DNA of 63,318 nt, the filler included, from Octopus bimaculoides (Eukaryota): assembly GCF_001194135.2 (NCBI RefSeq). It is 7 parts of 7 records of this genome, joined end to end, with 100 filler letters (N's around TTAATTAATTAA, not from the genome) between each part and the next. Parts side by side here need not be neighbours in the genome. Positions count along the whole stretch, not along the records: positions 3,919 to 29,003 come from NC_069004.1; positions 29,104 to 52,494 come from NC_068981.1; 5 more parts are not named here. One strand, given 5' to 3'. Shown here in pieces: positions 25,515-38,519 of the stretch. The notes under the pieces are model-generated. The model ran no database searches and was not told the origin of the DNA. It saw nothing but the letters and a program-made list of their open reading frames with translations. A program made the position numbers and the translations under genes. Each line of letters starts with the position of its first letter. Within the stretch, counting starts at the first letter, position 1.

Positions 25515-27698
25515 GTAGCTATTTTTGTATCTCCTCTTTTCTTCCTCTCCCCTCTTTAACAATGTTATAATATATTGAAATACCAATATACTGTAATATG
25601 ATTGGTTGATTGGTCCAGTAAAGTAATTTGATTGGTAAATGAAGGTCAGCCAATTAGCAATTTGCAATAAAATTTGTGAATTGAATAGTGTGTGTGTATG
25701 TGTGTGTGCATGTGTGTCAGCTGTGCTATCCTACATATTTGAATAATTGTTGTGTTTAATCACAGATAAATTGATATTATTATCAAAAATGTGACACGTA
25801 TGAATAGATCTAATGACCCAGTTTTCAACCACCACCATGAATCAATAAATAAATATTGAATAAATGAAGTAAAAAAAAACACATTTAGAAATAGTAACAA
25901 AAAAATTGAAACAAAGTCCTCTTCTTTTCCAACAATGTGATACAACAAAAATTGGCATGTTGGAACAATATATCTTCCTACATGTGGCTATTTTTTAATA
26001 ATAATAATAATGATGGTTTCAAATTTTGCCACAAGGGCACATAATAATAATAATAATAATAATAATGATGATGATAATCTTTTCTACCATAGGCACAAGG
26101 CCTGAAATTTGGTGGGGAGAGGGTAAGTCAGTCACTTTAACCCCAGTACTTGACTAGTACTTAATTTATCGACCCGGAAGGGATGAAAGGCAAATTCGAC
26201 CTCAGCGGAATTTGAACTCAGGATGTAGTGGCAGTTGGAATACTGCTAAGCATTTCACCTGGCGTGCTAACGATTCTGCCAGTTTGCCACCTTGCAATAG
26301 TAATAATAATAAAAAAAAAAAACATCATAACAAAAACATAGAAGTTATATCTGGACCCTCAATGCTACACCCTATCCAAAAAATAGCCCATGCTAGGAAC
26401 AGCCCATGCCCTATGCAACTAAACATTCCACAAACACAAGACACACTCTATACAGTAAATATCCATAAAATAAACAACCCCCATTACATGTTCTCTACAG
26501 GTGGGATACCCAACAGAAGAACACAACTCGCATTACACACAATACATACACTAATGCAACAAAAGACTGCTGCCAAACCCCATAACAAAGCAAACGAATG
26601 CAATACAATAGCAGGAAGAGTTTGCATTCCCCTATCAACGAAAAAGAGCACACAATGCTGCACACACCTCAACAACATGGAAGTGCAGCAGGTGGTGCAG
26701 TAGAAATCTGTTTGAAACAATTAGCTGTCAAATAAAAATAATGAGATGCACAACAACTTATTGGAAAAGGTAAAAGAGGTAACGAGTCAAGTAGAGGAAG
26801 ACAGCAATGAGAGCCAAAAGTATATGAAGACAGAAAAGCAAACAGTCATAAAGAGAAATGTGTTTCTATATGTGGACATTTATGTCTGTAGTTACATGCC
26901 CCCTATATATAATCTGTCCCTATTGAAATGTATGTCTCCATATATGGAGCTGTTTGCCTACATACCCATCATGTGTCTCTATTTGGACATGTATTGTCTC
27001 CGTGTAGACAATACATGTCAACAGAGAGGCATGTCTACACAGTGACATGCCTCTCTGTTGACATGTCCACACAGAGCTGATGATATCAGTGACATATACT
27101 GTGTTGTCAGTTGGAATGTATTTGTCAGTATAACACTGAGCAAAATGTGGTATGGTCAGATATCTGGTAGATGCTGAGTTTTTTGCCTTTCATTCAGGGG
27201 GACAGATAATGCCTCTAAGACAGGTGGGAGGAAGGAAAAAGGTACCTTCAACCCAGAAATAAGGCTCAAATATTTGCAATGAAATGACCTCTACTAAAGG
27301 TGCTTAAGGGCCAGGTGATTAGTGTAGTTGAAATTTGTTATTATTTTGAGGGGTCTTTGCAAGCTTTTAAATACAAATATGTTTAGTTCATTGCAGGAAA
27401 CTCATTCAGTTTTACAAATTATTAATGAGGTGTTAACTGATTCACTGTTTCCTGTTAGTTCATTTATTTGTTGCTAAATTAAGTCTACCAGCCATCACAT
27501 AAAACCTGATAAGAAGGAAGTAGTAATATGATGTTTGCTATTTGGAAAATTCATTCACCTCATGATTGCATGAGAAAAATATGGAAGATTTCAGATGATT
27601 ACCTTCTGCTGCTGCTGCTGCCGATGATGATGATGATGTTGCTTCTATTGAAGCGTTTTCAACCATCCATGACTAATTTTCTCTTTGTCTCTTTTCAG

Positions 27699-27778
27699 AG
27701 TAAATTTGATAATTTTTTGGCTTCACCTGATTCCCTCATTCTTCCCCAGAGCAGTCTTTTACTCAGTGCCACTGTCAG
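27699..27778 (+). CDS. COG6: COG6 penultimate-type exon, SKFDNFLASPDSLILPQSSLLLSATV
   Basis: ctaat branch plus ttttcag acceptor, AG|gtaatt donor. FD.YL..PD.L.IPQ...LLSATV motif. 80 nt. The 11 exons total 1123 nt with no in-frame stop. Confidence 0.93.
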
Positions 27779-28188
27779 GTAATTTTTTCGTTTCAAGTTT
27801 AATATTTAAAAACAAAAATTTTATTTGTATTTGTTATAGCATTTTGATGTTGTTTCTGTTGCAGTTGCTGTTTAGTTCCAGGGCAGCCCTGGTCCAGCAG
27901 AACTATGATCAAAGTTGTTACAAATGAGATTTTGGCTATTTTGTCATGTTTCAGACAAAGTGTATTTCGGTTGCCTATTGCTGGAAACAATGAATAAATA
28001 TGAAAGTACTTGGCTCAGTGGTTAGAGCATCATGAGGTTGTGAGTTTGATTCCCAGACCAGACTGTGTGATGTGTTCTTAAGCAAGACACTTTACTCCAT
28101 GTTGCTACAGTTCTCTCAAAGTAGAAATGAGTTGCAACATCACAGGTGCCAGACTGTATTGGCCTTTGCCTTTCCCTTGGATAACATC

Positions 28189-28444
28189 GGTGGTTTGGAG
28201 AGGGGAGACTGGTATGCATGGGTGGTTTGGAGAGGAGAGACTGGTATGCATGGGTGGTTTGGAGAGGGGAGACTGGTATGCATGGGTGGTTTGGAGAGGG
28301 GAGACTGGTATGCATGGGTGGTTTGGAGAGGGGAGACTGGTATGCATGGGTGGTTTGGAGAGGGGAGACTGGTATGCATGGGTGGTTTGGAGAGGGGAGA
28401 CTGGTATGCATGGGTGGTTTGGAGAGGGGAGACTGGTATGCATG
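28189..28444 (+). repeat. 32-bp minisatellite x8 inside a SINE
   Basis: GGTGGTTTGGAGAGGGGAGACTGGTATGCATG repeated 8 times, with one substitution in unit 2. Confidence 0.95.
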
Positions 28445-29103
28445 GGTGACTGCTGGTCTTCCATAAAACAACCTTGCCTGGACTTGTGCATTGGAGGGTA
28501 ATTCTCTAGGTTCAATCCCATGGTCATTCATCACTAAAGGGATTCTTTACTCCTTCGTATAGAAGGGATTATAATCCAAGCTCTGTCTTTGTGAAGAACA
28601 TTTGTGTATTCCAGTAATGAAATGCTTTATTTCAAATGAAAAAGTCATACATACAGGTTAACATTCCTGGTGAGTAAATATTTATTAAAACAAAGACTGG
28701 AATATGTGGTACCTTTTGTACCATTTTAATTCTGTGTTACATTGTGTTTCATTACAATCTGGGAAATACATTTTGTGGATATAAATATTGATAATTATAA
28801 TAATAGAAATATAATAAATTCATAACAGATCTTTTTCTCTTTTACCTTTTACTTGTTTCAGTCATTAGACTGTGGCCATGCTGGGGCACTGCCATGAAGA
28901 ATTCTTAGTCAAATGGATTGACACTAGTACTTTTTTTTTTTCATTTTTTTAAAGCCTGGTGCTTATTCTGTCGGTCAATTTTGCCAAACTGCTAAGTTAC
29001 TGGNNNNNNNNNNNNNNNNNNNNNNNNNNNNNNNNNNNNNNNNNNNNTTAATTAATTAANNNNNNNNNNNNNNNNNNNNNNNNNNNNNNNNNNNNNNNNN
29101 NNN

Positions 29104-29141
<38 letters not shown>

Positions 29142-29761
29142 CATACATGCATACATACATACATACATACATACATACATACATACATACATACATACAT
29201 ACATACATGCGTGTTCTGATTAATAAGTATCCGGACTATTGTCATAGTAATGCAACTAAAGCACGCAGAGTAAAGCTGCTTGTCACAAATTGACCTTGAA
29301 CTCCTAGCATCTATATTTTTGTCCTTTACATAGCTCTTTCTATTATAGACATGAGTCCTGAAATTTTGCGTGGAAGGGGTTCGTCAATTACTTCGACTCC
29401 AGTGCTTGACTAGTAGTTATCTGATCGACCCCGAAAAGCATCTGAATTCAAAATGTAAAGCGTTGGAAGAAATGCCGTTTAGCTTTTTGTCTGGCATGCT
29501 AACGATTCTGCCAGTTCACCATTCGCAATTTAAATAATGGTTTCAAATTTAGGCACAGTGCCAGTAGTTTTTGAAGGGATGTGAAAGTCGATTACTTCGA
29601 TCCCAGGACCTGACGAGTATTTATTTTATCGACTCGAAAAGATAGCAAAGTTTAACTTGGAGGCATTTGAGCTCAAAACGTAAAGAGTTCGAAGAACTAC
29701 TGCTAAGAATTTTTGTCCGGTGTGCTCATGATTTTGCCAGCTCACCACTTTCCGTACATTA

Positions 29762-29935
29762 AATAAAGAAGACCAAATAAACCACCATGCTGATGCAGCA
29801 AATCGAATTTTTCACATGGAATTAAAGATAGATTATCCAAGAATTTGGAGATTTATAAATGCATTCAAAGCAATTCAAAAAAGTCGCGGTACTTGTTCAC
29901 ATTAGCTAACGGCTGTCAATGCACCACCAGCCAAC
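29762..29935 (+). mobile_element. Mutator-like (MULE) transposase C-terminal remnant
   Basis: QINHHADAANRIFHMELKIDYPRIWRFINAFKAIQKSR resembles the RTNNHAEAAHRRL...HPTIWKFI..L.KVQK motif. In-frame stop follows. Confidence 0.55.
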
Positions 29936-31390
29936 TCTGAAACTTTCTTTAATGAATAACTATTGAATATCTACATGGTATTTCTTTAAATTGAAAAAGC
30001 GTTTTTTTTTCTTTTTCTTTTTTTTTCTTTTCATAACATGTAAACATTATTTTATTTTGAATGGCGCCGTTTTCCAATTCCATTTAATTTCATTTAATTT
30101 TAAATTTCTGAAGCTAACTGAGGTGATCAGCCGGTTAATGATAAGGCGGTTCGGTGTGGAAATCAGCTGGTTTTGAATTGGTAGTGATGAAAAAGCGACG
30201 ATGTGCAAAAGTGATGTATCTGCAGCGATGCGTCGGCTGGTGTTCATGTCCAGGTGATCTATCTAAATCCAGAAATATCATCCGTACCTTGATATCACAT
30301 TTCCGAGATAATACCACCACTCTGCTCAACACACCATCAACAATGTTCTCACGCTTCACATAATTGTAAAGTTGAGGCATGTGAGGGCACATCGCCACGT
30401 GGTTAGGGTGTTGCATTCACGATCGCAAGATCTTGGTTTCGATTCCCGGACCAACCGATGTGTTGTGCTCTTGAGCAAAACACTTCATTTCACGTTGATC
30501 TGCGATCACTTCGACATCTGATATGTGGATGACCAATCACCTGTACAGACAATATTGATTTGATGAAGGGAGGGAGTTAATACACAGCACAAATATTTGA
30601 TCACTTTAACCAAATCATACGTGCAGCTTGTTTTCTGGAAAGCGTTGCTGAGACATACGTCTCGACCTTGACGGACTTTCAATGACAGGAGAGTTCATCA
30701 GATTTGAGAAGTATGTCGGTGTTTTTTTTTTCTTGTTATTGATGTAGCTTTTCTTTTTCTTCTTTTTTTTTTGCTTTTGTTATGATTGATGCAGTAGTTG
30801 TCATTTCTTGTTCATGTTGTTACGGTCTTTCTGCTTTTGGTTCTTTCGTAGCTTCAAGATTTTTTTGTTTATTCGGTAATTGTTGATTTTATAGTAGTTT
30901 ATGGAAAGTGCTTTATGTCCGTTATATTTGGGGATCTATCAACCTTTCTTCGCTTTCTTTTCCAGTATGACTGTATTTAGAGGCCGTTTTCTTCTCCCCA
31001 CCACCACCACCACCACCATTATAACGACAGTTTGCCAAGATCCAGTCTCCTCGTTCCTTTCTTCGTCATTTAAAGTGTGCTCAAAGGAGAGGAAGGAGTC
31101 AGAAAAGCAGGAGAGAAAAAAACTGGTTTGTGATTGTGAGTGCCTAAGTGTCACTTGTGTTGGTGTTGCTTTGATGAGATAGCGCAATATCCTCTGTTGT
31201 TTAAACCATCCACGTTCCTCTTCAGTATAGAAGGGGAGAAATATTAAAAATGAAATGCAACGTGGGATCAGAGATAAGGCAACCTGGAGTAGCAACTGAG
31301 TTAGTGATTACAACCAAAGAAGAATGAACGTGCACTAAGGGAATAATCGTTAAAGTAGTGTAGTTAAGTACGTGTCGATGTATTTATATA

Positions 31391-31435
<45 letters not shown>

Positions 31436-33458
31436 CGGCTCCTGTGTGTGAGAAAAGCAGTGTACGAGTGTGTAGAAGCGGATAATGAATGTGTTGGTGG
31501 TGTGAATATGGCGTGATACTCTAGGTGTAGTATGAACAACCCATAGTGTATAAGGGTGGATGTGTGAAAGATGGGTGTGGATAGAAAAACCATAATGGAA
31601 AGTGCGTGTGTAGGAGAAATTGTGTTCAAGCAGAAGAGTAAGTGTTGTTTTCATTAAATTCTGAAACAAGATTTCGTTATGTTGTACAAAGCCGCAGACA
31701 GTGAATTGCAGATGGGACAGCCTGGAGAATTGAAACGGCCTCAGTGATTCAGTATTGTCTCATTGACTGTCCAACGCGTGTTCCCATAAATAATCAGTTT
31801 CCTTTTACAAGTCAAAATTCGGTCGATGAGATATGTGACTGTGGAAGAAGAAGAGAAGAGAAGAGAAGATAATTACAAGCATGGTGATGAATGGTCTAGG
31901 TATTTTGGGGCTAAGAAGTTGCGAAATGATTACTTCTCTTAATGCACGCAATTTTTACTTCTTTTAATGTACATTCGGGCTTCTCTGGTTATAATCACTA
32001 CCTCAGTTACTATTCCGAAATTTCTAATCTCTGAACGCCACTTTACATTTCCTTCCAATTTTTGTCTCCTCTTCTGTCTTTCTTAACAAAGAACAATCGT
32101 TTAAAACGTCGATGTATCTTCCCTTCATTTACAGCGTTACTACATTGATTTAGTACTCTTGTTCGTTGCAACTTTTTGTTCTATTTTTACTTGTAAAGAC
32201 CAGACTATCACACCGCCTTAGTACAACCCCTCTTAGGTCATTTGACAATACCATGCGGTGTCCAAGACGGCAAAGTAAAAGGAGTTCCGATCGTGTGATA
32301 TTTAATCGTATTTCTTCCATCCAGAAATCAAATTTGTTCGAGAGCGTAGCATCACAACCCTATTAGTAAATCAAATGTCTTGAACTGCTCCAAACCAGTA
32401 GTGCAGTGTCTGGGTGGGGTATCGGTTGAGTTACGTAAAGAACTGTTTGTTGTAAAAGAAGGGACGTATTCTTTGATGTGATACAGGATTTGGTAGGGGT
32501 CGGTTGATGTCTGGAACTAAAATCACTGGAAATATGAAACTATACGTCATGCAATTAAATTGTCTTCCTTTCTGTAATACATAGGTTGCATATATTTTGG
32601 AAATTGGCGAAAAGTTTTGTGCGGACAATATTCAGGAATATTTATTATTGCTTTTAATGTTATCGTTCTTAGATCATCAATACTTAAACGACACTACGTT
32701 ATTCTTTTTTTTTTTTTTTTTTTTNNNNNNNNNNNNNNNNNNNNNNNNNNNNNNNNNNNNNNNNNNNNNNNNNNNNNNNNNNNNNNNNNNNNNNNNNNNN
32801 NNNNNNNNNNTTTTTTTTTTTTTTTGTAAGTTAGATGGAGGCGGCGATTGGAACTGATTTGCATTGTCACTAGATTTCCTGTGAGCGTATTAAGTGTTAT
32901 TTCCAAGTCAAAATTATAAAGTGATATCTAGGATGCTTACGGTATGAAGCCTACTGTTATTTTTAACTTTACATCTTTGAATGCTTTCATAAGATCTTTC
33001 CTTCATCAATCTTATTATCATTAGGTAATATTTTAAGTCTGTTTTCTCTGTTTATACTGCATTTGTTCACAAGATTTTTTTTTTCTTTTTTTGGACAAGA
33101 AGTATTTATCTATCAAGTAGAAAACATCTACCGAGTCTTTGAGTTTCTCTACGGGAGCAAAATACTTGGCAGAAGTTTGACTGCTGCAATCGAATTGATT
33201 GACCTCTGCATGTCTGTTGGTGTACATATATATTTTACCTATTTATACATGGTTTTGTACATATAGATCTTTACATAGACATTTATGCATTTACATGCGT
33301 GTATATGCATATGTGCAAAACCGGAGATGTGCGTTTAAGGTTTTATATTAAATTACTGCGGACTTTGTAAAATTTCTAAGGTTTACAAACGTTTTTTTTT
33401 TTTTTTCAGATTGGGTGGTATTGAACAGGGCATGCCATCAAAGTGACACTGGGGTAAA

Positions 33459-33521
<63 letters not shown>

Positions 33522-36156
33522 CATCATCATCATCATCATCATCATTATCATCATCATATTCATCATCATCATCATCATCCTCACCATTATAGAAATATGT
33601 CTTTGTGTGTGAGTGATGTTTATGTTTCTTTTAGTACTTCTCACAGGAAAATGCACAATGTGAAGCTGATTTGTGAACCGTCATAATATAAATGGCATTG
33701 AAATAGATAACGCCAATATTGTCACAATCTAGATAATAACTATGAATATATAAAATTGAACCAATGCTTCAGGCATTTCAGTTATCTGACATCCAAATTG
33801 GAGAAACATTGATTTATCTTTATGACTAAAATCGTTGATGGTTAGAAGCAAAATGTAAAATACAAATCAATATCACGTTTGAATTCTTTCTCATAAAAGG
33901 ATTAGATACATGCTAAGAGACAGAATATCTAGGCTATAATCAATGAAGAATGGTTTTATTTATTATTTTTAGTCGGTATTTCTCTTTAACAGTGAGCGCC
34001 AAAGAACTAAGCTGCCGGCGAACTGAGGTTACGAATCGGATTACATTCGCAGTTGCAGATATTTCCCTTCAGTTGTTTTGCTTTCTGTACTTAAGGAACT
34101 CGAACGTATCCCGTTGTACCGCTCAATTTTCATCCACTGATGTGATAAGTGTTAATCATCAGCAGAAAGGAAATGTTGATTATGAATTATGGCCAACCCT
34201 CTTGGCTGAGTAACACGTCCCTCTAATGGTAGATATCCTATGCTAGATGAAAACGTATGTAATGAAATAAGCTGCTGCACACACATACACAAACATGCAC
34301 ATACATACACATACATGTATGCGTGTGCAAACGCGCGTACATATCAGTAACATGATCCTTAGATGTCTTCAGTGGAATCCACTCTGTTTGCAAACTTTTG
34401 GTCCAGGTTACATGTCTAATGTCATCAAGATCTCCCTCCACAGATGCCCAACAAGATTATGAATGCTGCCATTAATATGACATAATGAAGTATCTCCTGA
34501 TGTGAGCTATGAAAAACTCTAGTCTGAAATCCAGTATTAGGATGATTTTCTCCCAGCCGTTGGTTGAGTAGAACTTAGTACAACAAACTAATTACCTTCT
34601 GATAAAACTGCTTAGAGAATCGAATTCTTCCTGCCCTTTTTTTAGACGTTTTGAGCCAAGTGGAGTTCATTTTCGTAATTATAAAGTGTTGACGGTAAGG
34701 TACGAACTGCCAGCCTTTCAGCTGGTTGTTCACTACCCAATACGTTCATATTCATGCATTAACGTTCTCGCTGATTAAGTCTAACACTTGAAATACAGAC
34801 ATTTGTTACTTGATACCTATATATGAAATAAATAGATCATAGAGCCAATGAAGAAACATAGAATCTTAACTGATCAATCTGTCTGTTTTACATAGCAAGC
34901 AAATATCCTCCAAACCACACACCTATCGTCTTAAAACAAGGAATAATATTTTTAAGACATATACCTGAAAAAAAAGCAGGGTTATCATAAGTCTTCTTGA
35001 GCGGGGCTAACCTGATGCCAAAAAAGATAGTCTTCTCAACTCATCTAAAATTATGGAAGTTCGTAGATCTTATTTACGCAGGACTCGACTTTTGTGAATA
35101 ATTGAACTTTTATATTTGTCATCTAACATGATATTCAAACATTCATTAAATTATTTACCCATAGATTAAGTTGAAGAAACTACTGATGGTTATAGTCTAT
35201 AGGAGGTGTTCATAAAGGACTTTTCTGTAATAAGTGAAGAATCTACTGCCTCGCTGTTGCCTTCCGTTTCATAATTATGTAGAGAAAACGAGACAGAGAA
35301 ATTGCTGTCGTTAACAAAATTGCTGGCGTCAAGCCAAATTGATAATGGCACTTCTTTTCTCTCAACTCTCAGGTGAAAAGCAGCGGCGAGAAACTTTAGA
35401 TTAAAAATAGATTAATGACTATAAAACTCTTTTTTTTTTCTAGTCAGGAACTGTTACATTGTTTCTGTGTCTCAAATGAAACAATCTTAGGGTAATGGAT
35501 TATTTAGAAAGTGTAAAATCTTCTACCTTGCGGTATTTATGTAAAATGACAGTGTCGTCTTTATATGTTGAGTTCTAATCCTACAAGGGTAGACTTTGAA
35601 TTTCCTCATTTAGGGTTCGATAAAATAATTTCTAGTTAAGTGTTGGAGTCATTATAATCGACAAACTCTTCTGAAAACTGTGTGCTGTTGTAACTACGTT
35701 AGAAATCACATGCGCGTACACAAACGTACGTAATGATGATGATGATGATAATAATAATAATAATGATGATGATGATGATGATGCTAACAATTTTACATCG
35801 AACTCGTACGCAACTGGTATTTATTTTATTGACCACGAAAGGATGAAAGACAAAATCGACCTCGGTGGAATTTGAACACAGAACGTAAAGATGGGCGAAA
35901 CGCTACTAAACATTTCGCCTAGTGTGCTAACGATTCTGCTAGCTCGCGCGCTTATTGTATACAATGCTCAAGTGCACTACAACATATATATGTATGTATG
36001 TAAATATATGTGTATGTGTGTGTATTTATGTGTGTGTGTAATTTTGTGTCTATTCCGTGGCATAGAAGTATTTTTGGCTTCTATTTTTAGCGATGCAGGT
36101 GCTCATGTAAATAAAATACTGGGTAGACGCGCTAAGCATTGATGTGTATAAATGCA

Positions 36157-36476
36157 AACTTGTTACCAGTTCAAATATTCTAAGGGCATATTCGAGCCCC
36201 GTAAAAAAAGGTATTCACTATATTTTATGATAGAGAAAATGTTTCGCTGTAGAAAAATAAGTGTAAACACACCAAGACAGTTCGATGCTCCCACTGATCA
36301 GACTGATGGATGAATACTTTGTGGGTGGTTATCGCCTCTTAGCATCAGGTGCCGGAAAAGAGGATGCAATGAACTGACAAGAGATCGATATCTTTTAATA
36401 TATTCCCATCGACAAAGTATAGTGAATGGTTTTCTTACGGGTTTTAATATGCCCCAAGCATAACTAGTAACAAGTT
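36157..36476. mobile_element. Old ~320-bp MITE with degenerate ~65-bp TIRs
   Basis: AACTTGTTACCAGTT..GGGCATATT..CCCGTAA..ATTCACTATA mirrored by TATAGTGAAT..TTACGGG..AATATGCCCC..AACTAGTAACAAGTT. Confidence 0.65.
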
Positions 36477-37375
36477 CGNNNNNNNNNNNNNNNNNNNNNN
36501 NNNNNNNNNNNNNNNNNNNNNNNNNNNNNNNNNNNNNNNNNNNNNNNNNNNNNNNNNNNNNNNNNNNNNNNNNNNNNNNNNNNNNNNNNNNNNNNNNNNN
36601 NNNNNNNNNNNNNNNNNNNNNNNNNNNNNNNNNNNNNNNNNNNNNNNNNNNNNNNNNNNNNNNNNNNNNNNNNNNNNNNNNNNNNNNNNNNNNNNNNNNN
36701 NNNNNNNNNNNNNNNNNNNNNNNNNNNNCAAAGCCTTGTGAATGGATTTCTTAGACGGAAACTGAAAGAAGCCCGTAGTATATATATATATATTTATGAG
36801 TGCGTGTGTGTGTTTGCGTGTGTTTGTTTGTGTCTTTGTGTCTGTATTTGTCTACCACCACCGCTTGACAACGGATGGTGATGGGGCGGCTTATGCTTTC
36901 GAGCCCGTAAATTAGCGGTTTGACGAAAGAGACCGATAGAACAAGTACCAAACTTAAAAAACAAAATAAGTATTGAGTTCGATTCGTTCGACTAAGAATT
37001 TTTCAAGGTGGTGCCCCAGCTTGGCCGCAGTCTAATGACCGAAACAAATAAAAGAAATAAAAAATATATATCACCTCCCAACACCATCACATCACACCAT
37101 GCTACACCATATCACACAACACACCACCACGCACACCCCAGCACTGACCAATTCCCATCCCCACATTTTCACACCTTCACACCTACATGCACACATGCAT
37201 ACGTTAAGATTACCAGCATTCTCTCAAACACACGCACCTTCGTTTTGGGTTCACTACTACTTTGTTATCTCCCCTTCTTCTTAACTCCTGTGTGACCTTT
37301 CTGTCCGGCATTCGCCATGAGAGATCGCTGACCACTACATATATTTTTTTTCTTTCCTTGTTTCTTTCTGTGTTC

Positions 37376-37411
37376 CTTTCTGTTGAAGAGCATAGGTTCG
37401 AAACTTTAAAG
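37376..37411 (+). ncRNA. Degenerate minimal hammerhead motif in PLE-type repeat
   Basis: CUUU-CUGUUGA-A-GAGC AUAG GUUC-GAAAC-UUU-AAAG. Stems I and II are present, but the core (A6) and the cleavage triplet are mutated. Confidence 0.45.
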
Positions 37412-38519
37412 ACTTTCTCTATTCCCGAGCGTTATACTAATACATCCATTTGTTGTTTACACCACCTGTCTTCGTCTGTTGTTTTTTTTTCGTGAATTCT
37501 CCCTATATNNNNNNNNNNNNNNNNNNNNNNNNNNNNNNNNNNNNNNNNNNNNNNNNNNNNNNNNNNNNNNNNNNNNNNNNNNNNNNNNNNNNNNNNNNNN
37601 NNNNNNNNNNNNNNNNNNNNNNNNNNNNNNNNNNNNNNNNNNNNNNNNNNNNNNNNNNNNNNNNNNNNNNNNNNNNNNNNNNNNNNNNNNNNNNNNNNNN
37701 NNNNNNNNNNNNNNNNNNNNNNNNNNNNNNNNNNNNNNNNNNNNNNNNNNNNNNNNNNNNNNNNNNNNNNNNNNNNNNNNNNNNNNNNNNNNNNNNNNNN
37801 NNNNNNNNNNNNNNNNNNNNNNNNNNNNNNNNNNNNNNNNNNNNNNNNNNNNNNNNNNNNNNNNNNNNNNNNNNNNNNNNNNNNNNNNNNNNNNNNNNNN
37901 NNNNNNNNNNNNNNNNNNNNNNNNNNNNNNNNNNNNNNNNNNNNNNNNNNNNNNNNNNNNNNNNNNNNNNNNNNNNNNNNNNNNNNNNNNNNNNNNNNNN
38001 NNNNNNNNNNNNNNNNNNNNNNNNNNNNNNNNNNNNNNNNNNNNNNNNNNNNNNNNNNNNNNNNNNNNNNNNNNNNNNNNNNNNNNNNNNNNNNNNNNNN
38101 NNNNNNNNNNNNNNNNNNNNNNNNNNNNNNNNNNNNNNNNNNNNNNNNNNNNNNNNNNNNNNNNNNNNNNNNNNNNNNNNNNNNNNNNNNNNNNNNNNNN
38201 NNNNNNNNNNNNNNNNNNNNNNNNNNNNNNNNNNTATATATATATATATATATGTATGTTTGTGTGTGTGTCTGTGTTTGTCGCCTCCATCATTGCTTGA
38301 CAACCGATGGTGGTGTGTTTACGTCCCCGTAACTTAGCGGCTCGGCAAAAAGAGGCCGATAGAATAAGTACTAGGCTTACAAAGAAGACCTGGGATAGAT
38401 TTTCTCGACTAAAGGCGGTGCTCCAGCATGGCCGCAGTCAAATGACTGAAACAAGTAAATGAGTAATGCATGTGTGCGCCTGTGTGTGTGTGTGTAAACA
38501 TAAAAAGTAGAGATGATAA

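Noticed and set aside
26330-26720. Possible zf-RVT-like LINE remnant (PCPMQLNIPQTQDTL)
   Set aside because: Too degenerate to support a call.
27881-27927. cag|G GCA GCC CTG... RAALVQQNYDQSCYK* as COG6 last exon
   Set aside because: Phase fits, but there is no similarity to the conserved COG6 C-terminus and the sequence looks like a dispersed repeat.
28189-28444. CRISPR-like array
   Set aside because: Contiguous tandem units with no spacers, in a eukaryotic intron.
28022-28534. Repetitive ORFs in several frames (WGGLERGDW, HTSLPSPNHP)
   Set aside because: Products of the 32-bp minisatellite, which lacks stops; not a gene.
29210-29310. TAATAAGTATCCGGACT, mariner-TIR-like
   Set aside because: Only one end is visible and there is no transposase or partner TIR.
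29591-29645. CUGACGA...GAAA hammerhead-like string
   Set aside because: Lies in a SINE copy; no stem II closure, stem III or stem I. Chance match.
33063-33266. Overlapping short ORFs on both strands (ENIYRVFEFL, SAKYFAPVEKL)
   Set aside because: No recognisable family and no convincing splice-site pair.
34120-34165. Minus-strand CUGAUGA...GAAA
   Set aside because: Stems I-III do not pair convincingly.
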